From Octopus bimaculoides (lineage: Eukaryota), in assembly GCF_001194135.2 (NCBI RefSeq), contig NC_068984.1:144577118-144639117 (forward strand): 62,000 nt of DNA, written 5' to 3'. The notes under the pieces were generated by a model. That model was not told where the DNA came from. It did no database searches and was given only the letters and a program-made list of their open reading frames with translations. Numbering within the stretch: position 1 is the stretch's first letter; each line of letters begins with the position of its first letter. Of this stretch, positions 24,917 to 37,309 are shown in pieces. A program made the position numbers and the translations under genes.

Positions 24917-25002
24917 CTCTAAAAGTAGTTTGACAACTGCTGTGTGTCCAAAGTAAGCAGAAAGATGCAATGGTGACCAGCCCCGGTTTGATCTTCTCAT
25001 AC
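24917..25002 (-). CDS. OSBPL1A: ORP1L coding exon 2 (G-MRRSNRGWSPLHLSAYFGHTAVVKLLLE)
   Basis: ctcttctgttgcag| acceptor; GAG|GTAAAC donor; 86 nt; ankyrin xPLH motif. Confidence 0.95.
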
Positions 25003-27702
25003 CTGCAACAGAAGAGGTGGGGGTAGGGTGGAATATGTATAAATAAATAAACAACAATGAAAAAGAAGATAGTATACACAAATTAAGAATTTAGATAAAT
25101 TGGTAATTGGTGAATGTAAAGTGGAATAGCTGTGTGGTTAAGAAGCTTGCTTTGCAACCAAATGGTTTTGAGTTCAGTCCCACTGTGTGGAAGCTTTGGT
25201 AAATGTCTTCACACCAACAAGTGCCTGGTGAATAGCAAAATGCNNNNNNNNNNCAACAAGTGCCTGGTGAATAGCAAAATGCTTAGCAGTATTTCGTCTG
25301 CCGCGACGTTTTGAGTTCAAATTCCGCCGAGGTCGACTTTGCCTTTCATCTTTCCGGACTCGATAAATTAAGTACCAGTTATGCACTGAGGTCGATGTAA
25401 TCGACTTAATCCCTTTGTCCTTGTTTGTCCCCTCTATGTTTAGCCCCTTGTGGGCAATAAAGAAATAAGGAACTGTGTGTGTGTGCATGCGCGTGTGTGT
25501 ATAGGTGTGTGTATGTATTCTCACTCTCCATCACCACCATTACTATTTGACAATGAGTGTTGCTTGCCTATGTTCCTGTAACTTAGTGGTTTGGCAAAAG
25601 AGAGTGATAGAAGAGGTACCACACTTAGAAAAAACATGAGTCCTGAGAGGCAATTTGTTCAGGGCAGTGCCCCAGCATGGCCACAATCAAGCAAAAAATG
25701 AAAACATGTCCAAGATTAAATATTTCTGTCATTTATTAAAATTATAATTTTTCAGGCAATTACTCTCATTTTTAGAGATAAAATGGATTTTAAAATGCTC
25801 ATACCTGTTCTACCTTTAGATTGGTCTGATATGAATAATAAGCATCAGGTGTCTTATTCCTATGTAAATATACTTAGGTGGCACATGCAAAGTACCCAAT
25901 ACACTCTATGAAGTGGTTGGCATCAGGAAGGGCATCCGGCTGTAGAAACCATGCCAAAGCAGACAGCAGAGCCTGATGTAGTTCTCTGGTTCACCCAGCT
26001 CCTCTCTAACTGTCCAACCCATGCCAGCATGGAAGACAAATGTTAAATGGTGATTATGACGAGTCCCAGACTAGATTTAAATCAGGAACTTTTAATCACT
26101 AACTAATTATAACGGGGCAAACACCTGGAAACTAGTCTGTAGATGCCAGACCAGCAAGGGGAAGCGGCAGACCTCCCCTGTTCGAGGGTTATAATGGACA
26201 CAGGCTTGTGTTTCACATAGCTAGCTAGAGGCGATGGCCTCTTGGAGCTAATAAACGGCAGCATTCGTCCTATTTTTTGGACTGCCATGTTGGCTTGGCG
26301 ATAACTATTAATATCCAGTACCGCTGCCATAGTCTCCTTTAGAGAGACTTAGAAATATTCATATTTCTATTAATCATAATGGTTTCAAATTTTAGCACAA
26401 GATCAACAATTTCAGGAAGGGTGTGAGTTGATAAGAGCAACCTCAATTTTCAACTGGGATTTATGTTATTGATCCCAAAAGAATGAAAGGTAAAATCAAT
26501 CACAGCAGATTTTCAACACAGAATATAAAGACAGATGAAATGCCTCGAAGCATTTTGCCTGGCATGCTAAAGATTCTGCCAGCTCATTACCTTGTTTACT
26601 AACTAATAATAATAACATTCTTAACCACTCCTCAAGGCCATCAACACTTGATAATTTAGCAGATCTGCCTTGTAAACTAACACTTCATATTCAGTATCTT
26701 AATACTTTCTCGTCTCTTTCAAAAAGTGTATAACCCAAAGCAACAAATTCACTTGTTTTTTTCTCTTGCTGTATTTGCTTTCTTTGTACACTTCTTTGAT
26801 TGTTGTATTTTGCTTTATATTTCTATGCTTTTTCAGACACATGCTTTTACCTGTCAGATTCCACATATTAATTGTTTGTTTGTCACCTCGTGGCCTCATA
26901 ATCTTATTTGTGTTATTTTTGTTATTTTTATATATATATATCTTTACGCTTTTCCAGAATTATTCATGACTATTTTGCAGATTAACCATAAAGACTTATA
27001 TATCTTCATTCATCTTTTACTGTTTTATTTATTTCAATTATTGGACTGTGGTCATGCTGGAGCACTACCTTGAAAGGTTTACTTGATCAAATATACATAT
27101 TTTTTTAAAGTCTGGTACTTATTCTGTTGGTCTCTTTTGCCAAACCACTAAGTTATGAGGAGAAAAACAAACCAACACCAGTGGTGGTACGAAACAAACA
27201 CACACACATAGCCACACCACTTGATTGTTAAAAACAAAACATTTTTTTTTTTTTTTTTTACAAGCTGAGTCTACAAGAAGGAAGAAAAAGGCTTTGATCT
27301 TTGACCTCTGCAGGTTCTCTGAGACTCGTGAGACCATTAAGGTTAATGGTTTGTTTAAACAGTTGTAATCCAATAACTGCAGGACAGACATGAACTGGTC
27401 ACAGATTCCAGAGGGAAATATTCTGGGGAGGAAGGATTAACCACAGTGGTAAATACAGGGCTGGTGGAGGTGGGGTGGATACTACAAGTGACAAGAAATG
27501 AAGTGTTGAATGGAGCAGGGTTTCTGAATTGTTGGCAGTACAAGGCAGACCAACTTTAAGGAACAATGGTAAGTTCAGAAACGAAAGAGAGAGGAGACAG
27601 CAAATTTTCTGGTGCTAGAGGATGAAAGTGTATCTGTTAGGATACACACATGGCTTATGCACTGTTTTTTGTTGCTTCCTCGTTAGCACCAGGTGTACAT
27701 AC

Positions 27703-27868
27703 CTTTACAGTTAAGATCCAACTCAATTTTCCCATCATTCAATTCTGCAATTAATAATTTCACCGCATCAATATCACCATTGCGGGAAGCTTGCAGCAGT
27801 TTCTCATTATTCGATATAATTCTGTATGTTTCATCATCCTGCGAGTCACTGTCGCTGAGGTCACTCAT
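27703..27868 (-). CDS. OSBPL1A: ORP1L coding exon 1 (MSDLSD...LDLNCK+G), ankyrin repeat 1
   Basis: ATG at 27868; donor AAAG|GTATGT at 27702; 166 nt, phase 1; polypyrimidine tract and TAG acceptor at 27903-27902. Confidence 0.9.
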
Positions 27869-29237
27869 CTTTGAAGTGGAAAACCTCAGAACCTCCCAGA
27901 ACTACAAGAAGACGGAGAAAGGAAACCGGATGAAATAAACAAGAAAACAAAACAGAATAAAAACAAAAACATACATAAAAAGAAAAATAACAAATCTAAT
28001 TTCATCTGGTCTGGTCTGGTCTGGTCTGGTTTAATCTGGTTTGGTTTGGTGCTCCTGTGTTGTTACCACCACCAATGGTACATTCATCAACATCACAATC
28101 ATCATCATTATCAACTCCTTGACACTTTTGTCATGACTCTCCTGACTCATGAGGTTTCCATGGCCTGTAAGAGAATGAGATGATAACATTCCCCCTGAAT
28201 AGGATGTTAGTCCACTTCAGGGTTACTCATTTATAACCAAGTGTCATGGGAACAATGTGAAAATGAAGTGTTTTGCTCAAGAACACAATGCAGTGCCCAC
28301 TCTTGGAACTGAAACCACTATCCTGTGATCATGAACGCAACACCCTAACCGCAAGGCCTTTTGCCTTCACCAGAAACAGTATGAATACAGAGGAATATTT
28401 CTCGTATCAGACATTCCTTTGTTTTGTGATAAATTATGGGGAGGCACAGGCCATACTGTTTGTGAGGAGAGAGGGCAAGTCAAAAGCAAAACCCTGACTG
28501 AGAAGATCTTTGACATTCCAGCATTGTCTATTCTGTCTTTTTAGAGAAATCTAGAACCTTGTTGTCTGACGTGTCTTTCATTTAAGATAGCATGTCATTT
28601 GATAAAAATCTGGCTGTTATTTCTAGCTTGTTGCATGACTACACAGAAGCTCTCTTATTGTCCTGTATTAATATAATATGATCTTTTCTATTCTAGGCAC
28701 AAGGCCAGAAATTTTGGGTGTGTGGGGGAGGGGGCCAGTCGATTAGATCAATTCCAGTATGCCACTGGTACTCAATTTATCAACCCTGAAAGGATGAAAG
28801 GCAAAGTCAACCATGGCGGAATTTGAACTCAGAACATACCGCTAAGCATTTCACCCGGATTGGGCACCAGTCTATTATTATTTTTATTAATGTGGTGTCG
28901 TTATTGTTTAGTTCTCATCTAATCCAGTAGTGGTAATCCAGTCTTTCTTCAGAGATAATCTCCATAAAACTACATAATCCAATGTGTCTGTCCTTTTTGA
29001 AAAAGTCACCACTTGTTATATGAATGAGATTTGACAGCTACTTTTTTTTTATCAGGTTAAGTTATCTAGGAGAGGCCTTTTTGTAGTATTATAAATACTT
29101 ACACACACATACACACACATACTTCTTGAGTGAGAGTGTCTATGTACTTCCTGTTTTGCAAAACAAGGCATGACAACAGCAACATTGTCAACATTTCAGT
29201 AGCTTGTTGTTGTTGCTGCTGCTGTTGGTGTCACTAC

Positions 29238-29285
<48 letters not shown>

Positions 29286-30616
29286 TGTACCAGNNNNNNN
29301 NNNAAGCACATAACACTGTTGTAATAAAATATGTTTTGGTTTTATTCAATCTGGAATTCCAGTGCAACATTAATGGATGACATCTGGAAAAACCAGAAAT
29401 AGTTTTAGAAATGCTTTATTACAACTCATGTATATATATGTTCTATGCATACATATCTATATACCCTGGTCCCTTAATTGTTTCTTCTGGTAAGTTTGGG
29501 TACAGAAATGTCAACTACATCAGCCAAAATAGTAATTGAATTCCTTCTGGACACACATTCGAGCACGCCCAAGCACTTAAGTGACCAATGGTCTCGGATT
29601 CTTCTATTGTCTCTGAAATAGTCTTAATGACCTTAATGACCTTACAAACTTTTTGTTTTTCCTTCTCACCACTTCCACCAGGGTGTATATGTCAGTATGT
29701 ATGCATATCTAAACCACGTACGTATGTGTGCGTGCCTATACATATATATACACATTTTTTCTCTCTGCTCTGTGTGTATGGCTGTGTGTCTGCATGCAGT
29801 TTTGTATGGGTGCATATATCTGTGTGCGTGTGTGCATGTATCCATATAACTCTGTTCTGCTCTGTGTGGCTGTATGTCTGCATGAGTTTCTTTTTCTTTT
29901 CCTTTTCATTCTGGTGTAAGCACATGCATATATTTGCATACTTTTCCTACATTTAAACAGACTTTTTGATAGGCATCAACATAACGTCTGTACATTCCAA
30001 AAATGTAATTTTCCCAAATTAAGTGCACTTCATATTCAAGGCTCCAATGAAGCTATAGGATGTTATCCAAGTACTCATCTAAGAGTCTACTGCATCATAT
30101 AGCAAAAACAGCTGTAAGCTTATGGAGTTCATTGCACAGCATTTGGTTTTTCCTGTGTCATCCCTTTGATCCTAGAAAGATGGATGGATAGACAGACAGA
30201 CAGACGGACGGACGGACGGACGGATGGATGGACGGACAGACGAACAGACAGATAGGAAAGGTGACGTACACAAAATATTTTAAAGTTTTGACTATTGAGA
30301 CGTGAAATCTACTTCTGAAGAAAAATTGCTCAGGGGAGATAACTCTCAACCCATCAACATCTCAATTCATGAAAAGAAAAAAAATTGTAAAAACGTTTCC
30401 GAGTTGGCTGCCCATTTATTAAATAGCAGACAAATTTCTATCAAATCATCCCCAACCACTACATAAAAAAAAAGAAGAACAAATTGGAAAAACAATCCTT
30501 GATATAATATGTCTAATATTATAATGACACCTTGGGCAAATGTCTTCTACTGTAGTCTTCAGCTGACCAATGCCTTCAGAGTGAATTTGGTATATGGAAG
30601 CTGTGGAATCCCTATA

Positions 30617-30647
<31 letters not shown>

Positions 30648-30651
30648 GTAT

Positions 30652-31960
30652 ATCATCGTCATCATCATCGTTTAATGTCCGCTTTCCATGCTAGCATGGG
30701 TTGGACGATTTGACTCACGACTGACGAACCAGATGGCTACACCAGACTCCAATCTGATTTGGCAGAGTTTCTACAGCTGGATGCACTTCCTAACGCNNNN
30801 NNNNNNNNNNNNNNNNNNNNNNNNNNNNNNNNNNNNTAACGCCAACCACTCCGTGAGTGTAGTGGGTGCTTTTACATGCCACCGGCACGTGGGCCAGTCA
30901 GGCGGTACTGGCAACGGCCACGCTCAAATGGTGTTTTTTACGTGCCACCTGCACAGGAGCCAGTCCAGCGGCACTGGCAATGACTTCGCTCGAATGTTTT
31001 TTCACGTGCCAGTAAGGCAATGCTGGTAACGATCACACTCGAATGGTGCTTTTAACATGCCACAGGCATGGAAGCCAGTCTACTGCTCTGGCAATGATCA
31101 CACTCGGATGGTGCTCTTAGCGCACCACTGGCACGGGTGCCAGTCATCAAATTTGATTCGATTTTGATTTCACTTGCCTCAATAGGTCTTCACAAGCAGA
31201 GTTTAGTGTCCAATGAAGGAAAGGTACGCACAAGTAGGCTAGTTACACCCCTGGCATAGGCCATGGGTTATGGTCTCACTTGGCTTGCCAGGTCTTCTCA
31301 CGCACTGCATATTTCCAAAGGTCTCGGTCACTAGTCATTGCCTTGGTGAGGCCTAATGTTCGAAGGTCGTGCTTCACCACCTCATCCCAAGTCTTCCTGG
31401 GTCTACCTCTTCCACAGGTTCCTCCAACCACTAGGGTGTAGTACGTTTTTACTCTGTCAAGTATGCACACTGAGATTACACATCCATCGGAGCATACTGG
31501 CTTCATTCCTTGCAAGCTTACGCATGTCCTCAGCACTCATGGCCCATGTTTCACTGCCATGTAGCATGGCTGTTCTTACACATGCGTCATACAGTCTGCC
31601 TTCTACTCTGAGCGAGAGTCCCTTTGTCACCAGCAGAGGTAGGAGCTCTCTGAACTTTGCCCAGGCTATTCTTATTCTAGCAGCTACACTTTCAGAGCAC
31701 CCACCCCGGCTACTGACTTGGTCCTCTAGGTAATGGAAGCTATCAACTACTTGAAGTTTTTCCCCTGGAATGTGACAGAAGCTGTTCTCTGCACATTTTC
31801 AGTGTTTATTGCTCCTGAGCATCTGCCACATACAAATACTATCTACCCAGTTAGCCTTCCTTTGATATTGCTGCACCTCTTATGTGTCCATAGCTTGCAC
31901 TGGGTACATCTTATAGAGTTTCTACCTACACCTTTTCTACAGATTGAGCAGGGCCATCTA
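30652..31960 (-). mobile_element. RTE-clade LINE, 5'-truncated copy
   Basis: Same family as 13915-15348; GTCGRGRPRKTWDEVVKHDLRTLGLTKAMTSDRDLWKYAVREK; (CAT)n tail at 30652. Confidence 0.92.
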
Positions 31961-31999
31961 TATACACACTCTAACAAGCACACTCACTCACAAGCGCGT

Positions 32000-32042
<43 letters not shown>

Positions 32043-32189
32043 ACTCACGAACACATAAATATTTATGGACTTTGTTAAATACTTTGGCATTGAAATACGG
32101 ATGAAGAAAACATCAGACTGTGGTTGGTGAAGAGAAGATGCTGAGGCCATTGTCCAGCAGTGGACTGAACATGTACAGGGATGATTTTT

Positions 32190-32610
32190 TTTTCCTACGT
32201 GTTTCAATCATTTGACTGTGGCCATGCAGGAGCACCACTTTTAGTCGAAGAAATCGACCCCAGGACTTAGTCTTTGTAAGCTTAGTACTTATTCTATCGG
32301 TTTCTTTTGCCGAACCGCTAGGTTTCGGGAGCACAAACACACCAACATTGGATGTCAAGTGATAGTGGTGGTGGCAGGGACAAACACAGACACAAAGACA
32401 CATGCATATATATATATATATATACATATATACATACATACACACACAATGAGCTTCTTTCAGTTTCCGTTGACTAAATCCACTCATAAGGCTTTGGTCG
32501 GCCTGAGGCTACAGTAGAAGACACTTGTCCAAGGTGCCACACAGTGGGACTGAACCTGGAACCATGTGGTTGAGAAGCAAGCTTCTGATCACACAGCCAT
32601 GCCTAAGCCT
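32190..32610 (-). mobile_element. SINE family A, near full length
   Basis: Reverse complement of the 9060-9700 consensus, head to tail. Confidence 0.85.
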
Positions 32611-32968
32611 TATGATATATATATATATATATGTTTGCGTTTGTCCCCTATTACCACTTGAAAACTGGTGTTGGTTTGTTTGCCTCCCTGTAACTTAGCA
32701 GTTTGGCAAAAGAATTCAATAAAATAAGTAACAGGCTTTAAAAAAGAAAGTACTAGGGTTGATTTTTTTTTTTTACTAAAAACCTTCAAGGTGGTGCCCC
32801 AGTATGGCCACAGTCCAACAACTGAAACAATGAAAGATAAGAGTTTATTTGCATGTGTAAATTCATTTACAAATTTATCCATAAACATGTTAATCTCATA
32901 CTTTAGTTTATTAATCATTCATAAACACACACACACACACAGCCATAAATATTTATGTGCTTGTGAGT

Positions 32969-33008
<40 letters not shown>

Positions 33009-33719
33009 TGTGAGTGAGTGTGCTTGTTAGAGTGTGTGTGAGAGAGCTTTGAAGAAGCTGCTTCTGATCAGAGATAATATTAAATTATTATTATTATCAT
33101 TATCATTATCGTTATTATTATTATTATTATAGTTAACAAACATACTCAGGACATTGTTATATCTTTTGCTCAGTGTTAATCAGTAACTGTTATCTAAAGG
33201 GCTTCACTTCATTTCAAAATGACAATAAGAGGTTTCCACAACACACACACACACACATTAATTATAATATGTGTGTTATAAGCAGAGTAGTTACAGTAAC
33301 TTCAAAGTTTCAGTCTATTAACCTCCACCATACTCTCTAAAAAAGGCAAGCAGGCTTAAACTTTGAAGCCACTATCACCACTCTGCTTGTAAAATTATAC
33401 TAAATATGTACTCTACCACATGTATTGAGTAATTCTTCAGTTTAATGTAAACTTGTTTTTATTATAACTCAAAAACTGTCAGAATCGTCAGCTCACCAGG
33501 CAAAATGCTTCACAGTTTTTCATTTGTATTCATGTTCTGAATTCACATTCCTCTTAGATCAACTTTGCCTTTCATCCTTTTGGGGGGTCGATAAAATAAG
33601 TACCAGTTATGCACTGGGGTCGATGTAATCGACTTAACCCCTCCCCGAAATTGCTGGCCTTGTTCCAACATTTTGAACGCATTATAACATTAAAAAACTG
33701 AAATTGATGCATTCTTTTA

Positions 33720-34080
33720 CTGGCTTCAGTCATTTGACTGTGGCCATGCTGGAGCACTGCCTTTAGTGAAGCAAATCGACCCCATGTCTTATTCTTTGTA
33801 AGCCAGTTCTTATTCTATCGGTTTCTTTTGCCAAACCGCTAAATTACGGGGACGTAAACACACCACCATCGGTTGTCAAGTGATTGTGGTTGGGGACAAA
33901 TACAAACACACACACACACACACGACGGGCTTCTTTCAGTTTCCATCTACCAAATCCACTCACAAGGCTTTGGTCAGTCCGGGGCTATAGTAGAAGACAC
34001 TTGCCCAAAGTGCCACACAATGAGACTGAACCCGGAACCATGTGTTTGGTAAGCAAGCTACTTACCACACAGCCACTCCT
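33720..34080 (-). mobile_element. SINE family A, near full length
   Basis: Same head, central and tail blocks as the other copies. Confidence 0.85.
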
Positions 34081-35835
34081 GCACGCACGCACGTACAAAC
34101 ACACACACACATTCTTGTACACTTACTTGTATGAAATATTTCAGGAAATGAAGTCGTTAAACAAATTTGCTTGTTGAATATAGTTGCTTCGTCCCTAATG
34201 GCTGACAAAACAACCGTCAACATTCGAAGCAGACGATTATATTTAACGTAAACTTGTCATCAAAAGTAAAATATAGATTTGTAAACTGAGTTACAAAAAA
34301 CAAAAACAAAACAAATACATGTGTATGTGTGAGAGAGAGAGAGGGGAGGCGGGAGAGGAAGGTGAGGATAGTTAAGAGAAGAAATAATAAGAAATAATCT
34401 GTGCTAAACCGTCCCAACACCAATCCACACCCCACCACCACCATTTTAGTTCAACTAATATAGTTATCATGTGATCTCCAGCTTTCTTTCATAAATACAT
34501 AGACACTTATGTGTGTGTGTGTGTGCACGTACATGTTGGTGTATGTGTGTGTGTGTGTGTGTGTGAGACAGAGAAAGAGAGAGTGTGTATCTCTTTTACT
34601 CTTTTACTTGTTTCAGTCATTTGACTGCGGCTATGCTAGAGCACCGCCTTTTAGTCGAGCAAATCGACCCCAAGACTTATTCTTTTTGGAAGCCTAGTAC
34701 TTATTCTATCGGTCTCTTTTGCCGAACCGCTAAGTTAAGGGGACCTAAACACACCACCATCGGTTGTCAAGCGATGTTGGGGGGACAACCACAGACACAC
34801 AAACATATACATACACATACATATACATATATATATATATATATGTCTGCAAGTAGTTGGGTTCAGCATATTATCCTCCATTTTCTAATTGTTATACAAA
34901 TNNNNNNNNNNNNNNNNNNNNNNNNNNNNNNNNNNNNNNNNNNNNNNNNNNNNNNNNNNNNNNNNNNNNNNNNNNNNNNNNNNNNNNNNNNNNNNNNNNN
35001 NNNNNNNNNNNNNNNNNNNNNNNNNNNNNNNNNNNNNNNNNNNNNNNNNNNNNNNNNNNNNNNNNNNNNNNNNNNNNNNNNNNNNNNNNNNNNNNNNNNN
35101 NNNNNNNNNNNNNNNNNNNNNNNNNNNNNNNNNNNNNNNNNNNNNNNNNNNNNNNNNNNNNNNNNNNNNNNNNNNNNNNNNNNNNNNNNNNNNNNNNNNN
35201 NNNNNNNNNNNNNNNNNNNNNNNNNNNNNNNNNNNNNNNNNNNNNNNNNNNNNNNNNNNNNNNNNNNNNNNNNNNNNNNNNNNNNNNNNNNNNNNNNNNN
35301 NNNNNNNNNNNNNNNNNNNNNNNNNNNNNNNNNNNNNNNNNNNNNNNNNNNNNNNNNNNNNNNNNNNNNNNNNNNNNNNNNNNNNNNNNNNNNNNNNNNN
35401 NNNNNNNNNNNNNNNNNNNNNNNNNNNNNNNNNNNNNNNNNNNNNNNNNNNNNNNNNNNNNNGGGGAGGAATGAGAGAAGAGAGGGGGAGGAATGAGAGA
35501 AGAGAGGGGGAGGAATGAGAGAAGTGAGGGGGAGGAGTGAGAGATATGAAAGAGAGAGAGCAAAAGAAAGATAGATACACACACACACACACACATATAT
35601 ATAAATACACACACAAACACTGAGGACATGTGCCCTCCCCAACACACAAGACTGCTGAGCTGGCTTTAGTTAGATTAAGAAAGCAGTTATTAAGCACAGG
35701 GAGCAACTGCATACGTATACACACACATATATGTGTGCACGCATACAAACACACACCAACATACCATTGCTAATTAAATACACATTAGTGCGAATGGAAG
35801 TGTGTGTGTAACCATCGTCATCATCATCATCATCA

Positions 35836-35867
<32 letters not shown>

Positions 35868-36432
35868 GAGTGAGAGAGCAGTGCATGCCATCAAAGTGAC
35901 ACTGGGGTACAAATATATGAAGCCCTATGTACCCATCATGACTACCCGTCTGATAAGAGTACACCAGGCACATGCATCACAACCATATGTGCACAACATG
36001 ATGGTCTCACATCAAGATAAATAATGCATGACATTGCAGGGGGGACCCAGTTAGAATTTTCTTCAGGTCAAGTAACCCATCCCACTCAAAAGGTCCCTGA
36101 ATAAGGGTTGTTTAAGGACGATGAACAAAACACCCATGTTTCCGGAGGTGAATTATCCAAACCCCAAAGAATTCCTCTCAACACATGGCTATGAAGCTCC
36201 CCAACTACTCCTGCTAATGATCAGAGATGCACATATGCTCAGCCACCAAGGGACATGCTCAACTGGTTAAGGTCAAACAACCGACAAGCAAATTTGTGGT
36301 ATTGAGCAGAATATTTGCTGTAGCCCATCTTTTATACCAAGACAAAACAATGGACATGATAACACTTCCAATCAGTTAAGACCAGAAGCCATGGGAGCCA
36401 CTGCCTGTTATTGCACCAGGGCTTTTATTATT

Positions 36433-36465
<33 letters not shown>

Positions 36466-37309
36466 TTCGTTATTATTATTTTCACAATATGAAAATATCT
36501 ATAGAAATTGGCCTGATCTACAGTTTGAACTCACAACCTGATGACTCAGCAGTATGGGTCATACCTATGTGACGAGAAAATATGTTGGTGGATGGATCTA
36601 ACCCACTGTCTTGATTGCATAACATATTGATGAGTCATAGCTCTATTACCTTGACAACTGACTCTGTTTACAGCTGTGAGAACAGCAGAAGTAGCAGTGG
36701 TGGTGGGAGATGCACTGATAACAAAGCTGGCAATTGAAAATCTATATCTGGTATGACTTAACATTCAGGACAATATCTTAGATGTGTGTATCATTCATAA
36801 AAGTATGATGCAGTTAGCTTTTAGCAAATTCATAAGAACTCTAATACAAGTGGCACCCTCTGGCTGTGGCTTTTAATACAAGGGAGGCAACTATGATAAT
36901 GATCTTTGTCGTTGGGTCCTTAAGAACACAACACATTGAGGTCAGTACAAAGGTGGAAGACAAAAACTATAGATAACAATAAAACATTGGGAAAACAAGG
37001 GAATTCAGGGTACCCCAGATTTTTCTGGCTCATCAAAGGGAAAAGTACCCTCTTCCATTTCTTCCTGCCTGTTTAGCTGGTCAGATAATCAAAATAGGTC
37101 GATTTAGCCTGGTCAGTTTTGTTGCTTTCACTCACCTTTTGTAAATAACTCATATATATATATATAAGGAGAAACATTTCATTACTATAAACAAGTCATT
37201 TGTGTGGTTGTTCAGTAAGAAAATTGTCGAACCCTCATACACCGTCTAATGATGGGAGAGTCCATCATATATGTATGAATGTATGTATGTACGTACATAC
37301 ATACATATA

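Larger units (their letters stand above)
1830..27901 (-). other. OSBPL1A: ORP1L/OSBPL1A-like gene, span of the 12 coding exons found in this window (continues left of the window; 5' UTR exon(s) probably further right)
   Basis: Spliced exons give one open frame: MSDLSDSDSQDDETYRIISNNEKLLQASRNGDIDAVKLLIAELNDGKIELDLNCKGMRRSNRGWSPLHLSAYFGH...DMGDTPLHRAAY...GNTALHLAA...EGPILKKTRFFGFKSLWMVLEKGIVSYF...WLDAFKEH. The ankyrin+PH order and motifs match ORP1L (human INCKGRSKSNLGWTPLHLACYFGH, EGPLWKSSRFFGW, recalled). Confidence 0.93.

Noticed and set aside
27810-27868. FFAT motif in the acidic N-terminus
   Set aside because: ETYRIIS does not fit EFFDAxE; the ORP1L FFAT is expected downstream, outside the window.
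35870-36400. Complex non-coding segment as an ncRNA or exon
   Set aside because: No ORF, splice pair or fold is apparent. It looks like an interspersed repeat, but a single copy here does not allow classification.
36650-36747. Possible upstream ORP1L exon (ccag|...CAAG|GTAATA)
   Set aside because: The polypyrimidine tract is weak and there is a stop in the frame needed to join exon 1. It cannot be excluded as UTR but is unsupported.
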